From NCBI GenBank assembly GCA_045586685.1, contig JAZNAU010000038.1:1-64000 (forward strand): a DNA stretch of 64,000 nt, in the 5' to 3' direction. Positions 1 through 8,260 of this stretch are shown here, piece by piece. A program made the translations under genes and the position numbers. Source of the DNA: Clostridia bacterium. Its GTDB lineage: Bacteria > Bacillota > Clostridia > HGM11514. The notes below the pieces were generated by a model that did no database searches, was not told where the DNA came from, and saw only the letters and a program-made list of their open reading frames with translations. Numbering within the stretch: position 1 is the first letter of the stretch; the number at the start of each line of letters is the position of its first letter.

Positions 1-287
1 ACTGCTTCCACCACTCACTGATGAAGTGCAGAGCGGGCTCGTAGTTAGCCAGGATCTCAATGGTCTTACCCTTGCGCAGTAAGATATTACGAAGTGCTGC
101 GTAAGTCGGAGGCCAACGGTCTTAGGAAGACAAAGTGGCCAAACAACTCCTTGGCTCACAGAACGACATGGCTACGATCCGACTTACTGCTTCCACCACT
201 CACTGATGAAGTGCAGAGCGGGCTCGTAGTTAGCCAGGATCTCAATGGTCTTGCCCTTGCGCAGTAAAATATTGCGGAGCGCTGCGT
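1..287. repeat. 102-bp direct repeat (1-102 and 186-287) around the adapter; artefactual
   Basis: The copies are identical except for 5 substitutions (positions 68, 83, 89, 92, 95 of copy 1), all synonymous in the pgi frame. Confidence 0.9.
103..185 (+). other. MGI/BGI DNBSEQ sequencing adapter with 10-nt barcode (library artefact)
   Basis: AAGTCGGAGGCCAA(G missing)CGGTCTTAGGAAGACAA, then barcode AGTGGCCAAA (134-143), then CAACTCCTTGGCTCACAGAACGACATGGCTACGATCCGACTT. It is flanked on both sides by the same insert, as expected from circular-library read-through. Confidence 0.95.
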
Positions 288-1029
288 ACTGCAGAGCATC
301 GTTCTCTTCAAAATCAGCCTCGATAGCGCGGGCTCTTCCGCTGGCAGCACCTGCCATCAGCTGGTCGATATCAGCACCGCTTACAGCGATGGGAAGCAGG
401 CCTACAGCAGTCAGAACAGAGAAACGTCCGCCTACATCATCAGGTACTACAAAGGTTTCGTATCCCTGACTGTCTGCCTGAGTTTTCAGTACCCCTCTTG
501 CTTTATCGGTGGTGGCATAAATTCTCTTATTAGCCTCTTTTAAACCGTACTTTTCAATCAATCTCTTTTTAAACACACGAAACGCCAAAGCAGGCTCGGT
601 GGTGGTACCGGATTTTGATATAACATTGATAGAAAAATCGCGATCGCCCACAATATCAATCAATTCCTGCAAATAGGTGGAGCTGATAGAATTCCCTGCA
701 AAATAGATATCTGGAGTATCCTTTTTTTTCAGATTATAAAAAGGAGATTGTAAAAATTCAATAGCAGCACGGGCACCTAAATAAGAACCACCGATGCCGA
801 TAACAATCAACACCTCTGCTTCCTTTTTAATTTTTTCTGCAGTTGCTAAAATTCTGTTAAACTCCTCTTTATCATAAGTAAAAGGCAGATTGACCCAACC
901 TAAAAAATCGTTTCCCTCTCCCGTTCCTTTCATTAAAGTTTGGTTTGCAAGAGCTACCTGTTCTTGCAGACAGTCTATTTCTTTTGCAGATAAAGCACTG
1001 TTAGACATGTCGAAAGAAATCTTTTTCAT
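186..1029 (-). CDS. pgi: Glucose-6-phosphate isomerase, 3'-truncated by the adapter/contig end
   Basis: Motifs [34 protein letters not shown]. The apparent stop codon is created at the adapter junction. Confidence 0.95.
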
Positions 1030-1048
1030 AACAAATCACCTTTCTGTT

Positions 1049-1582
1049 TTAAAATATTTCTTTTTTTATTTTATCCACAGTTTTCATTACAAAATACAAT
1101 ACAGGTGCCTGAATCACACAAGCCGCAAATTTTAACAATGCACGGATGAAAAACCACATCCAGCCATTGGAACCGTATAACAATATCAACCAGACAGTTG
1201 TCATACCGATTTCCACCACAGCCGTATCAATTACCTTTGCTAAAACCGCTTTTAACAAAGTCACTTGTTTTCCGTAAAAGAAAAAAGAAAAAATCACGCC
1301 GCTAATTATTGGATTTAATGCAAACCAAAAGCAATACGGTCCGTCTGTATACAGAAGATAACTGACAACATCCGTCACAAATCCTGCTGCTGCATTTACA
1401 ACAGGGCCAAATAACTGAGCAATCATAGCAGATGCGAGAAATCCAAAGGATACTTGAAAATCCGGAGTAAAACGAAGTGTGGCATATGCAGACAGGACCA
1501 CACCTACCGCAACCAGCATAGCAGTTGTAACCACACTTTTCGGATTTTTTAACTCTTTTACAGATTGACGAAACTGATTCAC
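1049..1582 (-). CDS. folT: Folate ECF transporter S component
   Basis: About 177-aa hydrophobic protein with an S-component pattern (FGP..AAAG..D), a GTG start after GAGAGGAGG and a THF riboswitch upstream. Confidence 0.85.
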   Translation of the reverse strand: MNQFRQSVKELKNPKSVVTTAMLVAVGVVLSAYATLRFTPDFQVSFGFLASAMIAQLFGPVVNAAAGFVTDVVSYLLYTDGPYCFWFALNPIISGVIFSFFFYGKQVTLLKAVLAKVIDTAVVEIGMTTVWLILLYGSNGWMWFFIRALLKFAACVIQAPVLYFVMKTVDKIKKEIF

Positions 1583-1645
1583 AATAAAAAAACCTCCTCT
1601 CAAAGTTTACCGTTACTCCTCCGAGAGGCTGTCCTCATGATTTGT

Positions 1646-1766
1646 AACAGCGGGATGCGGTATTTGTATCGCAAATCCATGGATTTTTCGTTCAGGAGGC
1701 AACTCCCCGTCCCTCTGACACTTACAAAGATAAAACTTTGCACAACGCACAAATACCTACTCTGTT
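1646..1766 (-). promoter_or_regulatory. THF (tetrahydrofolate) riboswitch with a 20-nt hairpin insertion
   Basis: Minus strand reads CAGAGUAG..GCGUU[insert]AAGUG..GACGGGGAGUUGCC..AACGAA..UUGCGAU..CGCAUCCCGCUG, matching the THF aptamer consensus, directly upstream of folT. Confidence 0.9.
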
Positions 1767-1830
1767 CTGTTTTACTATTATTATACACCAATTTTAAAAA
1801 AAATGCAATATATTTCCATACTTTTAAAAA

Positions 1831-1858
1831 AAATACCACCTAAAAACAGGTGGTATTT
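1831..1858 (-). terminator. Intrinsic terminator of the D,D-carboxypeptidase gene
   Basis: AAATACCACCT/AGGTGGTATTT hairpin with a U-tract on the minus strand. Confidence 0.75.
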
Positions 1859-1861
1859 ACG

Positions 1862-2992
1862 TCAATTAACAGCAAGCCATTTCTGAAGAATGGTTCCATA
1901 GATGCGGAAAACACCTGCTTTTTTCACATTTGATGCAACCACTGTATTGACTGTTCCAAGGGTTTTACCGTCTAAGGAAAAAGAAATTTCTCCTATTATG
2001 TCTCCATGTTTGACAGGTGCAACAAGGCGGTCTGGCATGGTTAATTCACGAGTTACTTGCCCTTTTTGTTCTTTTTTTACAACAGCAGAAAAGGAATCGG
2101 ATGCAATGACAGATACCTTTTTATCAACCCCCTTTTCTATCGGAAGTACAGTTAACTCCTCTCCTTTTTCCACACCTAGTTCCAAAGCATAAGAGGCAAA
2201 TCCCATATTAAGAAGAGATGATGCGTCGGCAAATCTTTCTTTTGAGGTAGGGCATCCCAACACCACTGCAATCAACTCCATTCCATCACGCATAGCTGAT
2301 GCAGACATACAAAAGAGAGCCTCATCTGTTGAACCGGTTTTAATTCCGGTGGCACCCTCATAAAAGCGAATCAGCTTATTTGTATTGGCAAGGGTAAAAC
2401 TACCGTCGCGCAAGCTATCCATCCAAATTGTTAAAAAGGGTCTTATAGAATCGTGACTTAACAACTCTCTGGACAGAATCATCAAATCATGGGCACTGGA
2501 ATAGTGTTCTTCTGCCGGCAATCCGTTACAATTTGCGAAATGGGTATCAGTCAACCCTAACTCCTCTGCCCTTTTATTCATCATTTCGACAAAATTGGAT
2601 TCACTTCCTGCAAGATGTTCTGCCAAAGCCACCGCAGCATCATTTCCCGATGCTACCGCTATGGATTTAAACAAATCACTTACGCTGATGGTTTCGTTTA
2701 CACTCAGAAACACTCTGGAGCCTGTCATAGAAGAAGCATATTCGCTGACTGTTACCATGTCATCCATTGAAATTTTCCCTTTGTCTATTGCCTCAATTCC
2801 TAAAAGCATTGTCATAATTTTGGTGACACTTGCCATAGGAAGCCGTTCCTTTGCATTTTGTTCATACAAAATCTGACCGGATGTTCGTTCTACTAAAATG
2901 GCTGATTTTGCGGATAAATTCATTTCTTCTGCATTGACAAAAATTCCTGAACATAAGAAAAACACCAGTGAAAATGCTAATATACGTTTCAT
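1862..2992 (-). CDS. dacF: Serine D-Ala-D-Ala carboxypeptidase (DacF-like, peptidase S11)
   Basis: Signal peptide; SxxK (ASVTK), SxN (SGND) and KTG motifs; PBP5 C-terminal domain. Confidence 0.8.
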   Translation of the reverse strand: MKRILAFSLVFFLCSGIFVNAEEMNLSAKSAILVERTSGQILYEQNAKERLPMASVTKIMTMLLGIEAIDKGKISMDDMVTVSEYASSMTGSRVFLSVNETISVSDLFKSIAVASGNDAAVALAEHLAGSESNFVEMMNKRAEELGLTDTHFANCNGLPAEEHYSSAHDLMILSRELLSHDSIRPFLTIWMDSLRDGSFTLANTNKLIRFYEGATGIKTGSTDEALFCMSASAMRDGMELIAVVLGCPTSKERFADASSLLNMGFASYALELGVEKGEELTVLPIEKGVDKKVSVIASDSFSAVVKKEQKGQVTRELTMPDRLVAPVKHGDIIGEISFSLDGKTLGTVNTVVASNVKKAGVFRIYGTILQKWLAVN

Positions 2993-3089
2993 TACTATCC
3001 CTCCGTTCCCACTTATTTTATGTAGATTACATGAAAGTTAGAACAAGTGTTTCAGTCAAGACCCTCAAACCGTGGTATTCGTTAATACA

Positions 3090-3127
3090 AAAACTAGCAA
3101 TCTTTTTTACAAAAGATTGCTAGTTTT
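3090..3127 (-). terminator. Intrinsic terminator of the uxa operon
   Basis: Perfect AAAACTAGCAATCTTTT/AAAAGATTGCTAGTTTT inverted repeat. Confidence 0.8.
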
Positions 3128-3135
3128 AAAACCAT

Positions 3136-4503
3136 TTATAAAGTTACACCGTCTTTGAAAATTGCAATTTCACGGTAGCCGTTTTGTTCGTGCTTCGCCT
3201 CTGTTCCGTTGGCAGTTTCCAAAATAAGCTGATACAGCTTTTCCGTTTCCTTCTGCCAATCAGCACCATCCACCAACACACCAGCGTCAAAATCAATCCA
3301 AGTAGGTTTCTTCTCAGCAAGGGGGGTATTAGTAGAAAGTTTTAGTGTAGGAACACAGCTTCCCACAGGGGTTCCCCGTCCTGTAGTAAATAAAATCATG
3401 TGAACACCGGAGGCGGCTAATTGAGTCATGGCGACCAAATCATTTCCCGGACCGTACAGTAAATTCACGCCCGATTTCTCTGCCTGTTCACCTGTATCCA
3501 ACACTGCCGTCACAGGATAACGACCGCTTTTTTGCACACATCCTAAAGATTTTTCCTCCAGTGTTGTAATACCGCCGTCCTTATTTCCAGGAGAGGGATT
3601 TTCATACACCGGCTGACCATGAGCGGTAAAATAATCTTTAAACCGCTGAATCATACTAACGGTTTTATGAAACAGTATTTCTGTTTCGCAACGGTTCATG
3701 AGCAATGTTTCCGCACCGAACATTTCAGGGACCTCCGTTAATACACAGCCTGCCCCCTGCTCCACCAAAACATCACAAACCCGTCCCACAAGAGGATTAG
3801 CGGTAATTCCGCTTAATCCGTCACTTCCGCCGCATTTTAAGCCTACGCGAAGCTGACTGACCGGAAACTCCTTCCGTTTTTCTGCGTTCGCCTGTTTTTG
3901 AAGCTTTCGAATTATGGCAATTCCTTCTGCCATTTCATCTCCGCAATCTTGAACATTTAAAAATGCAATTCGTTTTGTGGGTTCTAATCCAAGTGTATCA
4001 ATTCGATTGTTTTCACAGCCCAGTCCTAAAACCAAAACACCGCCTGCATTGGGGTGATGTGCCAGAGAACAGAGAAGAATTCTGGTGTTTTCCAAATCTT
4101 CTCCCAACTGGGAACAACCGTAAGGATGAGGAAAGGCAAGAGCACCTGTTTGTTCAGCAAGCTTTAAGGCAAGCTGATTGACACATCCGACAGTAGGCAA
4201 AATCCACACATCATTTCGGATGCCAACCTTTCCGTCTTCCCGTTCATACCCCCAGAAGGTATCCTGACAGTTCACGTTAGGAAAAACAAGGTCAGGCTCA
4301 TACACATAGTCCAGGTGATTGGTCAATGCAGTTTTTAAATTATGACTATGTACCTGTTCCCCTTCTTTGATGTCGCAAAGTGCTTCCCCAATGGGATATC
4401 CATACTTAATTACCTTTTCTCCCTTGGCAATGGGCTTTATAGCATACTTATGACCGGTTGCAGGATTTACCTGAACCGAATCATTAGGATGAATCTGAAT
4501 CAT
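3136..4503 (-). CDS. uxaA: Altronate dehydratase
   Basis: SAF N-domain (GHKYA..GEKVIKYGYPIG), GLKCGGSDG, NPSPGNK.GG, FTTGRGTP. Confidence 0.93.
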   Translation of the reverse strand: MIQIHPNDSVQVNPATGHKYAIKPIAKGEKVIKYGYPIGEALCDIKEGEQVHSHNLKTALTNHLDYVYEPDLVFPNVNCQDTFWGYEREDGKVGIRNDVWILPTVGCVNQLALKLAEQTGALAFPHPYGCSQLGEDLENTRILLCSLAHHPNAGGVLVLGLGCENNRIDTLGLEPTKRIAFLNVQDCGDEMAEGIAIIRKLQKQANAEKRKEFPVSQLRVGLKCGGSDGLSGITANPLVGRVCDVLVEQGAGCVLTEVPEMFGAETLLMNRCETEILFHKTVSMIQRFKDYFTAHGQPVYENPSPGNKDGGITTLEEKSLGCVQKSGRYPVTAVLDTGEQAEKSGVNLLYGPGNDLVAMTQLAASGVHMILFTTGRGTPVGSCVPTLKLSTNTPLAEKKPTWIDFDAGVLVDGADWQKETEKLYQLILETANGTEAKHEQNGYREIAIFKDGVTL

Positions 4504-5780
4504 AGACTCATCTCCTTTGCAAATCGGCTGTAATCATCTCCCCAAAGAGAAGCATCAGCCAAAATTTCTTCCAAGGTTCCTTGTTGGATTTTTTGAATAA
4601 CCTTTTCATCATCACATGGAGTTCCTGTTTTGTACCAACGAATCAGATATTCCCATGCTTTTAGTCCGTTTTTCGCCACAATTCCCTGTTTTTCCAAATC
4701 TAAAACAGTAGGCAGAACACGGGCACAATATTTGCTGACAGAATTCAATGAAATGGAACTAAGCTTATGGTGCAGATAAGGATTTAAAAATCTCTTTTGT
4801 ACTGCATTCCAGAATTCTTCACATTCTTCCTTGGGCAAATCTAATGTTTTAATGGCTTCATTCTGAATAAAATCAGAAACAAAGGAGAAGATTTCCTTGT
4901 TTTTCATGCAATCCTCTACTGTTTCCATTCCAGACAACAATCCCAGACAAACCATAGAGGTGTGCGCACCATTTAAAATACGAACCTTTCGTTCCCGATA
5001 AGGGGTAATATCGTCTGTTAACAATACATTACATCCCGCCTTGTCAAAAGGCAATTCTGCAAACAAACCTTTCCCTTCAATCGCCCAAAAATGAAAGGAT
5101 TCTGCACTGTTTCTAAAAGTATCTTCATAAGGAAGCTCTGCATCTGCCGGAAATCCTGATACAATTCTGTCAACCAAGGTACTGCAAAACTTATTTTCAT
5201 TTTCTAACCAAGCGATAAAATCTGTTCCCAGATTCCAAAGCTTAGCATAACGAAATACATATTCCCGTAACACAGCACCATTTCGTTCAATCAATTCACA
5301 GGGAAGAATCCAAAAACCGGGCAATCCCAAGGTAAAACGCTGATACAGTAGTCTTGTCAGCTTTGCAGGATAAGTGGAAGGCGGTGTCTGTTCAAAAGCA
5401 TCTTTTTCATCAAAAGCAATACCTGCTTCTGTGGTATTAGACACAATAAACCGCACTTCCGGCAAGGCAGCCAGCTCCAAAAATTGTTCAAATTGTTCGT
5501 AAGGACAAACCATGCGGTCAATCACATCAACAATCTGTGTTTCTTCTCCGTCCAAGTCACGAATCAGATTGGTATAAAGATAATCCTGAGCGGCAAACTC
5601 TTCCATTCTTCCTTTGGGTTCAATAGGCTTTACCACTACAGCACTACCGTTAAATACGCCCTTATTGTTTAAAATTTGCAACATCCAGTCAAAAAATCCA
5701 CGTAAGAATACGCCTTCTCCGAACTGAATGATCTTCACAGGCCGCTTTTGTTTTACGATTGCTTCATTTATTTTTTTCAT
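4500..5780 (-). CDS. uxaB: Tagaturonate reductase (altronate oxidoreductase)
   Basis: IQFGEG.FLRGF, SNTTEAGI, PCELI, TLVDRIV, KVRILNGAHT. Confidence 0.92.
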   Translation of the reverse strand: MKKINEAIVKQKRPVKIIQFGEGVFLRGFFDWMLQILNNKGVFNGSAVVVKPIEPKGRMEEFAAQDYLYTNLIRDLDGEETQIVDVIDRMVCPYEQFEQFLELAALPEVRFIVSNTTEAGIAFDEKDAFEQTPPSTYPAKLTRLLYQRFTLGLPGFWILPCELIERNGAVLREYVFRYAKLWNLGTDFIAWLENENKFCSTLVDRIVSGFPADAELPYEDTFRNSAESFHFWAIEGKGLFAELPFDKAGCNVLLTDDITPYRERKVRILNGAHTSMVCLGLLSGMETVEDCMKNKEIFSFVSDFIQNEAIKTLDLPKEECEEFWNAVQKRFLNPYLHHKLSSISLNSVSKYCARVLPTVLDLEKQGIVAKNGLKAWEYLIRWYKTGTPCDDEKVIQKIQQGTLEEILADASLWGDDYSRFAKEMSL

Positions 5781-7138
5781 TTGTAATCACCTAAATATTC
5801 TTTGGTATTTTCAACCATTTCGTTAAACAACTTTCTCGCATCATTCAGGTCAATACGAATCAGAGGATCTTTTGCAAATGCCATAAATGCAGTTTCTAAA
5901 TCACGGTTCTGCACAGCATCCAAAATCAACTGCTGATTGGTAACATGAGGCATAATAAGTCCCAAAGGTCCTTTCGGCAATTCTCCAGCCATTACAGGAA
6001 TAACAGAATCAGAAGTAAATGCCGCATTGGTTTCCACGATAGCACCCAGAGGCAGATTGGGAATCTGACCCATATTAGGCAGGTTTACGTTGGTTACCAA
6101 ATCGCCCAAACCTAAAATTGCCTTCATCTGGATAACTCCTTCTTCTCCGGAAGGATTCAATTTGAAGGGCTGTTTTCCTGTAGCAAGATTGTTACTCTTA
6201 TCCAAACGTTCTTGCAACTGATTGGTACGATATGATACAGGAGTTAAGTGGAATTTCCAGTTTTCTACTGTTTCAGGATCTTTCAGATACCAATGACCGG
6301 GACAAAATTCTGCCAAGTGGCGGTCTCCTGCTGCTGCAATGGTACCATAACGCATAAACAAGTCCATTTTGACACAGTTGCGATTGTACATAGGATGGTC
6401 TTCGCTATAGTAATCTACACCTACACCTATTTCTGATTTCTGTTTGCAATATTCTTCGTACATAGGGAATAAGTCTATTCCTTTATAATTGGCTTTGTTA
6501 ATCCAGGTAAAGTGGTTAATTCCCATAACGTTAACAGTGATATCCTGTCTGGGAATTTCTTCTTTACCCAGAACTTCCTTAACCATTTTAGCTAAAAAGT
6601 TCTGAGTACCGAATACTTCGTGGCAGCAACCAAATGCTTTAATTTCGGGGAAAGCACGATACAGCATTCCAACGCTTAAGGTCATGGGGTTGGTATAGTT
6701 AATAACCCATGCCTTAGGACAGCATTCCTTGATTTTCAATGCAAAATGCTCCATCATAGGAAGAGTTCTCAAAGCGCGAATGATTCCTCCGGGGCCTGCG
6801 GTATCACCTACAGACTGATAAATGCCGTATTTTTCCGGTGCGTGAACGTCTGATTCCATTTCAGCAAAGGTGCCGGGCAAAATGGAAATTACAACAAAAT
6901 CCGCCCCTGTCAAAGCTTCTTCTATTGTATCGGCAGCAAAATAGGTATTCGTATTTGCTTCAGGACAATCCTTAGGAATTTTATTTCCGATAATTTCATT
7001 TGCCTTTGCAGCCTCTTTGTCAATGTCATACAAATAGACGTCGGCTGTAAAAGATTTTTCTGTTGCCAAATCACTCATCAGATTCCATGCCCATCCACGG
7101 GAACCTCCGCCCAAATATGCGATTTTTACTTTTTTCAT
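5777..7138 (-). CDS. Glycoside hydrolase family 4, probable alpha-galacturonidase (LplD-like)
   Basis: GGGSRGW NAD-binding motif, GDTAGPGG, NYTNPM and GCCHEV (the CHEV motif typical of GH4 alpha-galacturonidases); cotranscribed with uxaBA. Confidence 0.85.
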   Translation of the reverse strand: MKKVKIAYLGGGSRGWAWNLMSDLATEKSFTADVYLYDIDKEAAKANEIIGNKIPKDCPEANTNTYFAADTIEEALTGADFVVISILPGTFAEMESDVHAPEKYGIYQSVGDTAGPGGIIRALRTLPMMEHFALKIKECCPKAWVINYTNPMTLSVGMLYRAFPEIKAFGCCHEVFGTQNFLAKMVKEVLGKEEIPRQDITVNVMGINHFTWINKANYKGIDLFPMYEEYCKQKSEIGVGVDYYSEDHPMYNRNCVKMDLFMRYGTIAAAGDRHLAEFCPGHWYLKDPETVENWKFHLTPVSYRTNQLQERLDKSNNLATGKQPFKLNPSGEEGVIQMKAILGLGDLVTNVNLPNMGQIPNLPLGAIVETNAAFTSDSVIPVMAGELPKGPLGLIMPHVTNQQLILDAVQNRDLETAFMAFAKDPLIRIDLNDARKLFNEMVENTKEYLGDYK

Positions 7139-7375
7139 AACTTTTCGTTCCTTTCCGCCCACAAAAAAATATTGTTGGATGATACACTTCTTACCGTGAG
7201 CAGATAAAAAGTGCTTTTGCCTGTTTCGCCTTAAAATACATCCTTTCGATATATAGCTTACCGCATTTTTTTAAAGTTTTCCTTTGAAATTTTGTCATTT
7301 TTAATTTTTTTCTTGAAATTATTGCTTTCTTTAATTAAATGTGATATAATGAAAACAATAACTAACAAATAGCAG

Positions 7376-8203
7376 GTGAAAACAATGGCAACACATAATA
7401 ATTTCATTCCCGGTCAAGGAATTTCGGTTCAATACTCCAGAAAAAGAGTGGGTACTACTATGAAGTCCCTTCATTGCCACGACCACTATGAAATTTACTA
7501 TCAAATAGAGGGAACCCGTACATATTTTATCGATAATAACTGTTATCCCGTCAAAGCGGGAGATGTGATTTTGATTTCAAAAAATATGCTTCATAAAACA
7601 GTTTCCTGTGACGCAGGGGCATACAGCCGTATCGTGGTGTATTTTACAGATCATTCTATTCCCGCCTGTCTTCAAGACGTAGTAGCACAGTTGTTTTCCT
7701 GTCCTACTCTTACATTAAATAATACCGAAGAAATTAAAAAACGTTTTATGGATTTATTTGAAATAGAAAAATCCACAGAACCTTATAAGATAGAATGGAT
7801 GAAATGCCGTCTGTTTGAATTGCTTCTTTCCTTAACAAAATCGGAACAAAAAAACAGCATTGCTGATGATTTCATTTCCGTAACAACTTCTTTTTTAAAG
7901 AGTCATTTATCAGAATCACTGGCACTTTCTAATGTAGCAGCCCATTTTTCCTTTAGTCCGTCTCATTTTTCTCGCAAATTCAAAAAAGAAGCAGGAGTAG
8001 GATATCAGGAATATATCATCGGTCTGCGCACTCAATTAGCAAAAGAACTGCTGGAAGAATCCGATATGAATATTACTGAAATTGCAGGACAATGCGGATT
8101 TGGAGATAGTAATTATTTTTCTTCTGTATTCCGCCGTGTTTATAAAATGTCCCCACGTACTTATCGACAAAGTATACTCCAACCAAAGGCTGACACAATG
8201 TGA
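7376..8203 (+). CDS. AraC-family transcriptional regulator (cupin sensor + double HTH)
   Basis: HCHDHYEIYY cupin; C-terminal IAGQCGFGDSNYFSSVFRR..SPRTYR; divergent from the uxa operon. Confidence 0.93.
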   Translation: MKTMATHNNFIPGQGISVQYSRKRVGTTMKSLHCHDHYEIYYQIEGTRTYFIDNNCYPVKAGDVILISKNMLHKTVSCDAGAYSRIVVYFTDHSIPACLQDVVAQLFSCPTLTLNNTEEIKKRFMDLFEIEKSTEPYKIEWMKCRLFELLLSLTKSEQKNSIADDFISVTTSFLKSHLSESLALSNVAAHFSFSPSHFSRKFKKEAGVGYQEYIIGLRTQLAKELLEESDMNITEIAGQCGFGDSNYFSSVFRRVYKMSPRTYRQSILQPKADTM

Positions 8204-8227
8204 AACCAGAATTAGAATATACAGAAT

Positions 8228-8251
8228 AACCCGCCATGTAAATGGCGGGTT
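8228..8251. terminator. Bidirectional terminator between araC and the acyl-CoA synthetase gene
   Basis: AACCCGCCA-N6-TGGCGGGTT hairpin between convergent genes. Confidence 0.75.
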
Positions 8252-8260
8252 TCTTTACTG

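Noticed and set aside
1-287. Repeat-spacer-repeat as a CRISPR array, an IS with target duplication, or a DGR template/variable pair
   Set aside because: The spacer is the MGI adapter, the repeat is pgi coding sequence, and the mismatches are synonymous third positions rather than adenine-specific.
184-1029. pgi as a pseudogene
   Set aside because: The stop codon arises at the adapter junction at the contig end.
7184-7245. BglG/LicT-type RAT antiterminator in the GH4 leader (CAGGCAAAAGC plus a 12-bp hairpin)
   Set aside because: The 5' half of the RAT consensus is missing, the hairpin lacks an adjacent U-tract, and no antiterminator gene is nearby.
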